Source: Chrysomallon squamiferum
Taxonomy: Eukaryota; Animalia; Mollusca
Assembly: GCA_012295275.1 (NCBI GenBank)
Contig: CM022667.1
Location: 2,976,001-3,040,000, forward strand
Direction of reading: 5' to 3'
DNA: 64,000 nt
Part shown: positions 48,291-62,436 of the stretch, one piece after another
Numbering within the stretch: the stretch's first letter is position 1
How the letters are laid out: the number at the start of each line of letters is the position of its first letter
The notes under the pieces: model-generated
What the model was told of the DNA's origin: nothing
The model's database searches: none
What the model saw: only the letters and a program-made list of their open reading frames with translations
Made by a program: the position numbers and the translations under genes

Positions 48291-51200
48291 ATATAATTAC
48301 AATGAAAATCCTTGAACAGTGAAAAATAAAAAAACTGCTTTCAATGATATTAATGCTTGTTCTGGTCTGTAATACAAAAAGTAACCAAAATATAGATTTT
48401 AAGTATAATGAAGAAATGAGAGAGATAAACCAAACTTCTTTATTAATCTGTTTAGATAAACTACATCTCTTATTGCCATTCTTCTTTTGGAGCACTAATC
48501 GGAACTGGAAATAGGGAAAATAATCAACTAACCACTACTGATCTAATCTTACACCAGACAAGGACAGTCACAACTACAGCTCTGTGTTTATCTCATTTGA
48601 AATATTTTTTCTATGAAATAATACCTGCTATCTTACATAAACTAGTATTCGAAATATAAAAAAGTAAATTGTTTGTCAAGGTGACACTGAAATTCAATAT
48701 TAAGAAGAAAAGAACTTGAAATGTCCTACTTACTGTGTTTAAAAATAACAGATAGGCTTCTTTTGGTACATCCTTTTTCAGAGATCTTGCCTGAAGTTAA
48801 TAATAATAATAATAATATCAGTAGTAGTATTAGTAATAGTTAAAGTAAGTGTAGTAGTAGTAGTAGTAGTAACAACAAAATAAGTAATAATAGTAGCTGT
48901 AGTAGCAGTAGTAATAATAATAACATTAATAATAATAAATTTTGACTGTTATCCACAGTTAAATATGTAGATAAAAAATAATAATAATAATAAAACAAAT
49001 ATAAAAAAAAAATAATAATGAATAACCGACAAAGAACAACTACAAAAACCTGGATGACTATATCAGGACTGGGAATTGAATGCAGCATATGCCATATAAC
49101 GTTTGACTTATTTTGAGTATCTTCATCTATTAGCATTAAAACTTTACACTAGAATGTAATTAAGTAGGTACTGGGAATTTAATGCTTTACTAGATATATT
49201 TTGGGGACCATCAAGCATATAATCAAGGATAGAAATTATATTACTGAGAGTAGATTCAAATAAAGTGTTGTTCTAGAAGTAAATCAGTTACTGCATTTGA
49301 AAAGCTGATGTTACTTACTGTCCGGAGATGTGTTTGAGCTGTACAAGCGATGTCATACACAACATCCTGTAACTGACTAAGATTCTTTTGTCTAACCACA
49401 TCTTCTTGAGAAACTTTATACTATAAAAAAAATAAAAAAAATATTTTAAATATTTTAAAACAAAAATCACAAAAATATCAGAGATATGTAGGTCCTAGTT
49501 ACTGACATAAAAAAAAAAATGTTTAATTCATTATCCAAATATAAAACAATTAATTATATCTCTTTTAAAATAATCAGCAACTAACTTGTATTATGTGAAA
49601 AACCGACAGGAAAAGAATGTATATTTTATATATATATTTTAAAATTTACCTTCACTAACAGATCCATTGGAAGGTGGACTCTCTGCTTACTTGCATGATA
49701 AGGTGTAGCTCTCAACAGAGTTACCAGCCCCTGACATTTTCCAATATGGCTGCCTGCATGATCAGCATGAACATTCTGAATACCTTAAATTAAGAAATAC
49801 TGTTATTCTCCACCGCCAGATCAAAACATAAAAATTTAAAAATAGTATTAATAAAATTAAGAATTTACAATAAATTAAGAAAACTAATATTTTCAATATA
49901 AATAAAACAGACAGAAAAATACTTATGTCAGCATTTCTAAAGTAATTAGAATTCAATTTCTGAATTTCTTTTTCTGAAATTTCATAAAGATTATTTTCTT
50001 TGCCCATGGCTTGTTTATCAAAATGGTGTTTGTTCTCTATCTATGTGTAAACATAAACAAAAACTCTACAGGTGCTAATTAATTAAAAAAAAATCAAATA
50101 ATGTTGGCATCTGGCATTTGTATAATTATATTATGCAAGGGGAGTATTCATAAGCAATAAGAGATCAGTTATATAATATATTAACAATAAATAAACAGGA
50201 AAAGTCATCAGGCTGTGATAAACCAATTACATGATACTGGTTAGAGCAGAAATTTAGATGTGTGTACATTGAGAAGACTTGATCCGGTGACCTCAACGTC
50301 TCTAATTTCCCAGTTGGTAATGATAATGTAACATGATGTACAAACCTAGACACTGAAGGAGGAGATACGTCAGTGAGCTGTTTGTGTTTTCTCCGTATTC
50401 TTCTATCTGCTTCACGTTTTTAAATGGTCTGTCATGTATGTGTTCAGCCTGCAATAAGTAAATAAATAAACAAACAAACAAACAAACAAACAAACAAACA
50501 AACAAACAAACAAATAAATAAGTAAGTAAAAATAAATAAATAAATAAGTAAATAAGTAAAAATAAATAAATAAATAATGATAAATAAATAAATATAAAGT
50601 AAATATATAAATAAATGTAAAATAAATAAATAGACAGATAGATAGATAGATAGATAGATAGACAGATAAGAAATTAAATTACAATAAATATGTAAATATA
50701 CAGACCACATATCACTATTCTGAAATATGCAAAACGATCATATTCTGAATAATTATTCAAACCAAACGTAAAATTCTTAATGAATCTTCGGCTGTTTATC
50801 CAATGAATGTCTCGTATTCAAAACTCATATATTAATAATAATTATTCAAAAATTAAAATGTATAACTCACTCTGGAACTGAGAATCCGAGTTAACCAGTT
50901 CTTCGACAGTTTGAAATGTTGAACAGCCTACAACAACACAGAAATCAACACCCATAAATACAAAAAAATGTATTAAAATTGTGTGAGTGTGTGTGTGTGT
51001 GTGTGTGTATTTAATTATGTTTATATATTGTAAAGAAAAATATAAATTTCCAATAAAACAATTCTTTTATGCACTTCATATATTGTAAAAGGAATATTAT
51101 AACTGAAATATAATTCATGAATATACCATAATCAGTTTCCATTTTAGTCAACAGTCTATAACCGATGAATTAAAACTTGTGGTTTGTTCTGTCTGTTAAA

Positions 51201-54200
51201 AAGTACATTATAATTTTTTTTTCCGATTTTTTATTTGTAATAATCTGCTGTTGTACAAAATAGCTAATTTTTCTACAATGTAAAAATCAGAAAAATCATT
51301 TAACTGATGAATAAAATATTCATTTATACATATTATTATTACCATACACAAATAAAATTAATTTATGGTAAAAACAAAACATTGATTTTTTGGTTCTTTT
51401 AAGATTTTGTAAAACAAATTAAAGAGACAATAAATAAAATTAATTTATGGTGAAAAAAAAACATGGATATTTGTTCTTTTAAGATTCTGTAGAACAAATT
51501 AAATTGAAAATTAAAAATATTAATACTTACACCTGCCAGTTCTAAAGCTACAGGAGTCTGTGGTGGAGTTTTCTGTTAAAGAAAAATCAATCATGAGAAA
51601 ATCATTTAAATACATTTCATAAATATTAATTATTATAAAGTTTGTGAAATCCTATTTTCATATATTATGTAAATGTAAGTATGTGTATTTGTCTCTGTGT
51701 GCGTGTGTGTATGTGTATAATTTCTGGAAAATACAGAAAATAGGATAACATGTCATTCACTCAGAAAACTGGCAATGCAAGTAGATCATCCTCTTACTGC
51801 AATCAGCTTAAAATTTAATAAGAACCCAACAAATATCGACATACATACATACATATATGTTTAAACGCACACAAACACAATCATAGAGAACTGTTATTTT
51901 GATTACCTTGTAAATCTGTTCTATGCTGTCTTTCCAAAACTGCATTTTCATCAGCCCTCGATTAGCATCTGTTACAGTATCTCTAATCTTCAAAAAAAAA
52001 AAAAAATAATAATAATAATAACAACAACAATAATACTAACAACAACAACAGCTGAATAATATCATGTGTTGTTAAAAAAAAAAAAAAAATTGGCTAACTG
52101 CAAGATTACCAGTAACAGCAACCACACCAATACATACATAAGTTTTAACAAAATGTGCATTATATTTATACCCTCAAAAAAAAAAAAAAAAAAAAGATAA
52201 TAATAATAATAATAATAATCATAAAGTAAAAAATAATAAATGCTACAAAATTAAACAATCAGTGACATGAATTTTGTTTTATTATTTAGTGTTCTTCTGT
52301 TTATTATTTTACTTTTGAAAAAAGAAAATATTTATATTTAAATAAATGACAAAGTAGAAAATATCTGATTGTACTATTACTAATGTAAAAATTACCATTA
52401 TATTATGCTTTCATATTTTCTTTTTGTATTTAAAAAAAATTTAAATGTACTTTTAATTATTTTTTAAAAAATTAAAAATTATAAACAAATGCCAGCATAA
52501 AAGTACAGTTACCTTTATGAGTGCAGAACCTAGTTAATGTCAACAACCTGTTTAAAGTGCTCAGGTACACAGATCAATTTTCAGTTGGTTGTTTTCAAAA
52601 TTCCTGGCATGCATAATTGCACATAGTACCCAAAGTTAGTTCATTGACTCCAAAGAACATTGAACTCATTTGTCATAATTGTAATAAGTAGACAAAATGT
52701 GTGTAAACATGAAAAATATATATATATTAAAAAATATAAATTTTTATTTTTGAGATTCCGTAATGACAAAGGCAAATTTTTAATTTTTAATTTTTTTAGA
52801 AGGCATTAAATGCTGGTTCATAAGAAAATATATAAATATGAAAAAAAAAACCTAAAGAAATTGTAAACTATTGAAAATAAGAATTGCATTATGACTAAAA
52901 AGAATTTTATATTTTATTTTTTGTAATTATTATTCATCTTCTTGACCTATGCAATAACCATTATCAAATTAAGTACCTTAGTTAGAATTACAATATTATC
53001 ACAATATTATCATTTGTAATTTCTAATTCCATATACAAATCCATAATTAAAATTTATTATCTGATTTTTTTAAATACTAATATTAGATTTTGCAATAATT
53101 TAGACAAATGATATTATTATAAATTATATTTTTTAAACTGTCTGGGTCATATATATATATATATTTTAAACTGTCTAATATTATATATATATATATATAT
53201 AATTAAAATTCAACAATTAATAATACAACTATAAAAAACAATTAATGTGAATTATATAGTTACCTTATGCCAGTGAAATTAAAGATATCTATTGTAAAAC
53301 CTTTTTATTATTAATTAATATTTATGCTAAATAAATTATCTTTAATGACAACTTAATTTTAATTATTTTCTGCAAGTGATCGCTAACTTTTGACATTCAT
53401 ATTCTTACAAGAGAGGAAATCATAAACCACAACCCGTGATAAACCATTTTAGAGCAATGGTTGTATTGGGAAATAACAGAACACATGGGTGTGACAAGGA
53501 GTGTCTTGCACTGAGCTATATTTGTCTCTCATTCTGAGATTAATGAATGTTCTCTAACAAAACGTACCAGGGCTAATTCTACGTTGAAAGCCCGAAGAGC
53601 AAAGGCTGCCCTCTGAACAGTTCCAGACAACAGCAGAGTGCATAAGTAATTCTCATAGTCATTGTTCCTATATAAAAAAAAAAAAAAAATAATAATAATT
53701 TAAACATAAAATGTAATTGAATGTAAATGCAGAATGGGGAAGTAAATTAATGTAATGTGTTTATACTAGTTAAATATAAATTAATTAATTAAAAACTAGA
53801 TTAACTTATTTTTATTTATTTATTTATTTATTTTTATTTTTATTTTTGTTTTTATTTTTATTTTTATTTTTATTTTTATTTTTATTTTTATTTTTATTTT
53901 TATTTTTACAATTTCCTTTTGTAAATAATCTGTTAATATATAATAAAAATAATAAACATACTAATAAATTTATTTTATTGCATTTTTAATTATCTAAGTG
54001 CACTAAATATTGGTCAGAATTTATATTAATAATAATGATATCACCAATATACTTTTTTTATATTAATATATACAAATGTGAACTTTTGCACTGTCACATG
54101 GAACTGATAATCAGAATTAAAAACTAATACACCGATATACGACAAAACAAGGTCAAGGTTAAAAAATGTCGGCTTACTTAACTAAGTTAATACAATATTC

Positions 54201-54341
54201 AGCATTGGAGAGCGACTTGGATTTAGCGCTGTGCTGTATCAGTCTTTTATTTACACATCTGGATTTTCTTAACAGAACAACAGAAGCGGACTGTCTTTGA
54301 CAGTGATAAAAAGCTCGAACACAACACCAAGTACTAGCCAT
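48007..54341 (-). CDS. NDUFAF6: NADH dehydrogenase (ubiquinone) complex I assembly factor 6 (squalene/phytoene synthase-like fold), 10 exons, 322 aa
   Basis: Exons 54341-54178, 53667-53568, 51987-51907, 51572-51531, 50927-50871, 50448-50346, 49783-49650, 49420-49319, 48790-48734, 48135-48007 (969 nt). Motifs [66 protein letters not shown]. Basic N-terminus resembles a mitochondrial presequence. Confidence 0.96.
51350..51503. repeat. ~81-bp tandem duplication in an NDUFAF6 intron
   Basis: AAATAAAATTAATTTATGGT...GTTCTTTTAAGATT.TGTA.AACAAATTAAA occurs twice. Confidence 0.85.
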
Positions 54342-54738
54342 GTTAAAATAACTGTTGCGAGAGACCTCTTTATTCTTTGCTAGTGTGTTCCTCCACTCAA
54401 AAAAAAAGAAACGAACCTAGAGTTAAATAAATAAAAGTAATTTTAAACTAATTATTATCTTCATATTATTACTTCAGTAACATTAATAATTTAAAATTTT
54501 AAAATATTTTTTCTCAAACAGATATGTGCATGCATATGTATGAATATGTGTATAAAAGGATATGTAGATATGTATATATATATATATATCAGTATGATTT
54601 GTTATTACTTTTATTTTTATTTATTTATTTATCGTCTTCTTTTATTTTAGTATATTTTGATGGTGAAGAATTGTGCGTTATGTTCATCAATGAAAGAGAA
54701 TCAGATGCACTCTCTTTTTTATTTGTTTTTTAGTTCAA

Positions 54739-54794
<56 letters not shown>

Positions 54795-55003
54795 AGACAT
54801 TGATGAGTGTATTTCATTGATATACTAGATATTACGATTCAAATATAATTTCACTCATTTCCAAATACATTTTCTTATATATTGGAAATTGTTAAAAGTG
54901 GTAAAAGATATACACGTGATGATGAATAACTTTAAATTATATAAATATATAAATATAAACATCTCTCTCTTTTCTTTCTCCAGCTTTCTCTCATTGTTAT
55001 CTC

Positions 55004-55066
<63 letters not shown>

Positions 55067-55581
55067 CTTTTTCTTGTTTTATCTATCGGTCTCTCAGTAA
55101 CGCGCAAGTAACTTTATGTTTTTATACATAAAAAAAAAACAACAAAAAAAAAAAACGTCACTTGTGAGAATCACAACAACAAAAAAAATTTATGATAAGG
55201 CTTTAGTCTCTTTTATGATTACGGCATCATTAATGTTGATCGGTCAAGTACAAATTTTATCTGACCAGACAGTAGGCTGTTGTTAATGTGCAGTAAGAAA
55301 ACGTGATTCTCAAATTACTGTTAATGTTTTTGTCAGGTTCCACTACTTCTATTACAATTTATAAAATCTCGGCTGTATGTGTGAATCATAATCTACTGTT
55401 TAAGAACAGAAAACACAAATGTTTCTGTGACCATATTTGGGTTGAGTATGTTATTAACTACTTGAATTTGTAAAGAAAATAATCATTATATGTTTGCTAT
55501 TGTGATAAGGTGTGATATGTTTATCCTGCTTAGAATTAGGTTAATAAAGTTATTTAAATTATGCTAATACAAATTCATAAG

Positions 55582-55662
<81 letters not shown>

Positions 55663-55888
55663 GAAAGTTTGGACAAAGAAAGAAGGAAGAATTATGAGAT
55701 AAATTTTAAAATAATATTATTTACATTGTGTGTATGTGTGTATGTGTACATATACACACATATATATATACACACACACACATAAACACATGTACATGCA
55801 TACGCAATCACACATACACAAACAATTAAAAAAATAATAAAACCCTACAATTGTGTTTGTTCTGAATAAAGATGAGACAGTGAGATAA

Positions 55889-55963
<75 letters not shown>

Positions 55964-56344
55964 TGGCGTACACAGAAAATTTCAAAGAAACCATGCAAAG
56001 TAGGGATGAAAGTGAATTCTATAATCAGCCATTCTTTCATTTTCAAGATTTCAAAAAAAAAAAAAAAAAAAAAAAGAGAAAATTTTATCTTTTCGTGGGA
56101 CTTAACTATCTGTCTGAAAATGTTAACAGATGCTTTAGAAAGGAATGCTGTCAATTTTTAACAAAGAAACAAGCCGGCGAAAAGTGATGAACGAATTCCT
56201 TTATTTACAAAGTACATTCGTGTTACTGAACTACTGGTTTCACGGGTCAATACAAAGCAACACACAATGATACTTGAAAAGCGATACGCCTTGTTCGAGT
56301 AAACAGTTATTAAATATGAACTGAATGTGAATAACAAATTATTG

Positions 56345-56450
56345 ACGGCGCTCTGTGATACGCGTGACGTCAAACTGAGAAGCGGGATGACGTGATGAAC
56401 ATCATACGCGGATCAAATTGAGGGAAAATACCCATCAAAGCCCTTTATTC
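56345..56450. promoter_or_regulatory. Putative enhancer: CpG-rich motif cluster
   Basis: CRE TGACGTCA 56365-56372, second TGACGT at 56388, TCF/LEF-type ATCAAAG 56434-56440, inside AT-rich low-complexity DNA. Confidence 0.35.
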
Positions 56451-56939
56451 CTGTTCCTTTTTTTTTTTTCTTTTTTTCTTAATTTTATATAATTTTATTT
56501 AATTTTTCGGTTTTCTTTCTTTTTTCTTTCATTCCTTATTTTTTAATAATACTTTTACTATTATTTATTTACGTTTTATTTAGTTACTTTTTGTTATTGT
56601 CCGATCGATTTTCTTTTTTTTTTTTTTTTTTTTCTTTTTTTTTTTTTTTTCTTTCTTCTTGAAAGTTAATATAGCCATATAATACATACTTTTATTTTTC
56701 TTTTTTTAATTATTGAACATGTTCATAGTTACGTCTGGTTGTGTGATCTGATCTAAATGTAAAACACGGGTAAAATGGGTTAGAATCAAGAAATACGTTG
56801 AAATGTTAATGGATCTAATTGTAAAATTAAATTCAGGCAATGGGTATTATTATTATTGTTGTTGTTTTTGATGATGATGTTTAGAAGAAATATACATGAC
56901 GTCATTGTATATATATATATACATATATATATATATGTG

Positions 56940-57039
<100 letters not shown>

Positions 57040-57705
57040 GAATGTTTTAGTTAATAGAATAGTTACAGCCACACTGACCCTATATTATTATGTTTAATAT
57101 ATATGAACCTTGGCGTGGCAACAGAAATCAGTTTTTTACATCAGTGTATGTCAGACGATCACAATAACAAAGTTAATACGGCTTTAGTGATTAAGTTGTG
57201 TGTGTTTGAGCATAATCTAGGTAAAGTAATAATCACCAAAGATGTCAAAGTCATTAACTTATTTATTATTTTTATTTATTTAGTTATTATTATTGTTGTT
57301 GTTTTTGTTATTATTTTCACAGATTTATAATGTCTTAAAATATGACATGTACTTCAGTTAGTATTTGTTACTGTCCGTTCATCCTATTAAGTAACATACA
57401 CGATATATCGTATTCTATTTAAACTTTATACTTTTCATGTTAGCTTGAATTGTTTGCACACATGAACATAAGCGATCGAATGTGCAGGAATAAAACAGAA
57501 ACAAAAAATACCCGAGGACAATTTCCTTTTGAATTCCGTGCACTGTATGGCACATTGGTATTTACTTTGGCATTAACTCAGATTTGTCCACTCACTTCCG
57601 AAATATAAAAATAAAAATAGCCTAAGTAAAATAGAAAGAAGTATTTATTTATAAAATGGTAAGCATAGAGGACAATAATATTTTGATGAAAAAAAATAAT
57701 AAAAA

Positions 57706-57738
<33 letters not shown>

Positions 57739-57879
57739 TAATAAAATTAAATAAATGTTAAATAACGGTAGAGAGAAATTATAAAAGAAAATAAGAAAGA
57801 TGAAGAAAAAATAAACAAAATAAAAAAAAAAAAAATAATAATAAAAATAAAAATAAAATAAAAATAAAAGTAACCAAAG

Positions 57880-57939
<60 letters not shown>

Positions 57940-58831
57940 TAAATAAAGATTAAAAGATCATAATAATAATAAAAAAAAAATAATAAAAATGATAATAAGA
58001 AAGAGAAGACGAAGGACGGAATGGAAATCGTAACAAAAAATACAGATCATGTTTTATCATTTTGTCCTTGAGAAATGCATGTCTTGTTCTTTCATATATA
58101 TTTTTAAAAGTTAAAAGGACAACGTGATTTTTTTATCTTGAGGTGGTAATTATAATCCAAACACCTGTATCTCGCAAGAACGTGACAGGAAGCTAGTCTT
58201 CTGTGAGATAATTCCTTAGAAACTGTGTCCTTAAAGCCATTCACTGATCACGTGATTGCTGACGGGAGATTTGTGACCTCCAACAAAGTATGTCAAGTTA
58301 ACGCGCGACTCCAGTATGGCGACGTAAACAGGTGTTTGAAACATTTCATGCGAGAAGCGGTGCTTACTTGTTTGATCTTGCATTTTCTGCATAAATAAAC
58401 GTATTTATAGATAAATAGTTTTGATAATATTTTTTTGAGTATATATTTGTGCGAGAGTCACAGACCAAATAGTATTGCATCACAGTGCAGACGAACTACT
58501 AATAAAAGTAAATATATGTGCGAGACGGAGACAGAAACAGGATCGCGTCACAGTGCGCAGTGTGTGTGCGTGCGTGCGAGAGAGACACACACACAGCAAA
58601 CGTAAAAACAATAAAAATGTGTATCAGAGAGAGAGAGAACAGGATTTTGTCAGTGCAGAAGCACAAATAATAAAAATAAAACTAACGTGTCACATATATA
58701 AAATTACTGTCGTTTTTAAAGATATCTTGAAAGTGACGTTGATAAATTATCTCTCATCTTCCTGACATTTATAAATTATATTTATGTTTTTATTCCATAT
58801 CTTTTTATATATATATATATTTATATATAAA

Positions 58832-58862
<31 letters not shown>

Positions 58863-59648
58863 ATATATATCATCCAGTGGGTCCAGATTTAACGACAGCG
58901 AGACATCAACAATCGGATCAGCACTTCTTTACCTTGACCTGTTCATTAACCCTGAACTGTTTATTACGATTTTATTTACGTCTTTGAAATCTGGTAACAG
59001 AACAACCAACTGTTTGTGAAGACGATATAGTAAGATATTACGTAACCATTTCATATTTCATATTACAATACAGGGTTTTGTTAAGCATGCCTGTCAAAGA
59101 GATTAAGTTAATCTCTGCATAAATTGTAAACTACCTGCTGAAATATGTCATGGTCGGAGATAAAATAATTTATAATAAATTCATTGTGAAATGTATCTGG
59201 TAATTTATTTAATAAAAAAATTAACAGTAACCGCACCTGGGCCATATATATATATATATATAAAAAAAAAAAGGTAAAAAGAAGAAGAAAAAAAATATAA
59301 TAGCAATCTGTATTGCGTCATCCATACGGAAAATATTAAAAACAAATTAGTCATCGTGAAAATGCAATGAATACTACTTCAGATATTATTATTATTGTTA
59401 TTTCTATTATTTATTTATTTGTTTAGTTAGTTAGTGAGTTAGTTATTTTAAGAACATCAGTAAAACAAACATAATAAATATTCAATATTTCTTTTTATTT
59501 AAGCAATACATAATTATTTTAAATCAATTAAAAATAAATAGATGACAATACAACATACTAATTATCAACATTTTTATTTTTCTTCATTTTTTTTGTTTCG
59601 TTGCTTTTTTAAAAAAAAATACATTTTACAATTAAATTTCCCCAAAAG

Positions 59649-59680
<32 letters not shown>

Positions 59681-62173
59681 AAGATTTTTCTTGGCTTTGG
59701 AAAGAGCAAACATTTTGTTTACCATTATAAAATGAAACTTTAAACATTCTCAAGTTACTAACAAAAATACTCCTCATGATGACAATGCTGTTACTAAGAC
59801 GTATTTTGTAGCTAGTTTGAAAAACTACAAAAGGTTAATTGTTACAGTAATTTCAGCAGGCGCCTCCATAGCCCTCACGAGAGTGTTGTGTATGTTGTAC
59901 TATTATACTGAGTGGCATAAATTTCACGACAATATTTGAAACGTTTTTTTCATTTTTCTTTATAGTACAAATTTTGTAACTTGAGACTGATTTTATCTGG
60001 ACATCGCGTTTAATATCACAGTTGAACAACTTCAAAAAGGCTTTATTTAAAATAAAACACCAAAACACTAACAGATATTATTCATAAAGAAATCAGTGAT
60101 ACAACAAAGCCAAAGAAAAGAGTGGTGTGTTTTAAACAGAAAACGCCAAAAGAAAAATTTTAAATAAATTCTTGTATATTTGTATCTATATATATATATT
60201 TTTTTTTTTTTTCACAACAGACCCGTGAAACCATTCTTGATTGTCTGTTACGATTGGCTAATATTATTGTCTTTTTTTCTTTTTTCTTATATTATTTTTA
60301 TTATTATTTTTTTTTAATTTGTTTTAAAACTCCCAGCCAGTAACTTGAACATTTTTTGGAAAAAATACATATTAATAACCTTTCCTCTGTGTAACACCAT
60401 TTATGATTCTGGCTTAAATAAAATTATTAAATAATAATAAAAAAAGAATCACAAAAATCTGACAAGCTCTCGCTCTTCCATTTCTTTGAAATGGACTTCA
60501 TCATAAGATCGCCCTCACTCACAAAATTAGGAACATGAACAGTTAAGATGAGAATAAAAGTGATGAGATATCTACAAGATGAATAGAAATAGAAAAAAAA
60601 CAACAAAAAAACACAAATTGTCTCTATCGCAACAACGATTTATCATTGTTTCTCTCTTTCTTTTTTTTTTTTTTCTTTTTCTTAAACTCATTTTTAAAAA
60701 AGAAAGAAGGGAAAAAAAACATCTATCGTTTTGAGTACTGGCTGGAACAGAATAAAATTCCAACTGACTGAACAAGCTGAAGTCTCTTTAAAGAACTCAA
60801 CATTTCACAGAAATAATCAAAAGAAACAGACGAAAACAAATTATTTTGAATATAACATATAGTCCCAACACACGCATCTATCATAAATAATTTAAAGACA
60901 ATAGCTAATTATCTTTTTAAAAAAAAAGAGTAATAAAAAATTTAAATAAAAAAAATGAAACCACACAGTACACCATATAGTTGTCAGGTAACTTGCCTTC
61001 TTTCGCGTATGAATACATCGTAAACAATACTGTATTAAAACGTAAAGCTCGAAAAATTATGATTTACCTTTTGCTTTAGTATTTTTCTCTTTAAATATTA
61101 TTCTATTAAAATAAACAACAAAACAGTTACATCAATCATGTTGTTCTTTTCAGTTTGTTTTCTTTTACATTTTTCTTACAAATCGTAAAACGAATTTAAC
61201 AAAATATTTAATTGTTCGACATTTAATTTCTGAACATTTAAAAAAGTGACAAAAAAAAAGAAAAAAAGAAAAAAAAAAAAAAAATTAAAGGAATACCGTA
61301 ATAAAGAATATAACACAATAAAAAAAAAAAAAAAGTGACTTATTCCATCATTAAAATAAAAAATAACATGGCTTTATATACATCTACGATTGTTTGCGAA
61401 TAAATGAACGAGAATCAGAATGTCACAAGTATTTTTGTTTTGCTGTCACAGTCAAAAATATGTGCGCTTTGTTGTTAGAAATACCCAAGCATAAATGTCG
61501 TGGGCAAGGAAATGTTGTGCTAGACAGGATTAAAACGAAATGAAAAAACGAAAGCAAGTAAAGAAAATGAATTTCCAACGAAATTAATTGTTTACCATCG
61601 CGTAATCTTTAATAAGTGAAATTTTTAAAACGTTACCTAATTCGTTTGTTATTTTTTAAAATGGTCACGAAACAGTGAGTTGTTAATTAACATTTTTAAT
61701 TTAAATTATATCTTAGTTAAATTAATAAGTTAATTAATTTATAAGTTACTCTCTTCTGATCGCACTTTTAATAATACCCACGACATACTTAATATTTTTA
61801 ACTTCTTGAATATGCAACAAATAATATTAGCTCTTAATATATGATATTCTTAAAATATACCTTCTTCCATTCGAAAATGTTTAATTAAAAAAATAATATA
61901 TTAGTATATAAATAAGTAAATAAATCTTTTAAAATGCTTTCCCTTCTCAAACTGCAAACATATTTAAGCAACTCATAAAAATATACAATAATCCCATCCA
62001 TCAGAATAATAATAATAAAAAAAAACACAAAAAAAACACATTAATTCATTAAAAAAAAAAATTAAAAAATAATAAAAAAATTAACATAAGAATACCAAAA
62101 TGTACCGGTTGTTCCATATTTTAAAAAAAAAAAAGAAAAAAAAAGGATCAAAGATATTTACAGTCACAGTCAT

Positions 62174-62402
62174 TTAAACAGACGAATCTCGCACGGACTT
62201 GGGCGGTTTAAGAAATCCAATCCGACGTAGATATCTGACAATAAAGGGTGTGGCAGTTAAGGTGATTCCAATTCGAACAGGGGCAAACACTTTGTGCACT
62301 GCATAGGCTACTACAAAAGTACCAGCACCAGCCGCTAGTTTCGACTGGAGGAAAGTTTCGGCCACGCCCACTTTCTGCATCATTCCCACCACATCAATCC
62401 CG
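62174..62402 (-). CDS. FAM210B: FAM210B (DUF1279 family mitochondrial membrane protein), terminal coding exon; earlier exons lie beyond the window
   Basis: Poly-T/CAG acceptor at 62404-62403. Translation GIDVVGMMQKVGVAETFLQSKLAAGAGTFVVAYAVHKVFAPVRIGITLTATPFIVRYLRRIGFLKPP...* matches the FAM210B C-terminus (QSKxAAG..TFVVAYAxHKxFAPVRI). Confidence 0.92.
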
Positions 62403-62405
62403 CTG

Positions 62406-62436
<31 letters not shown>

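Noticed and set aside
56184-56229. Box C (GTGATGA) and box D (CTGA) snoRNA-like pair
   Set aside because: Too short (~46 nt), no terminal stem, and not intronic.
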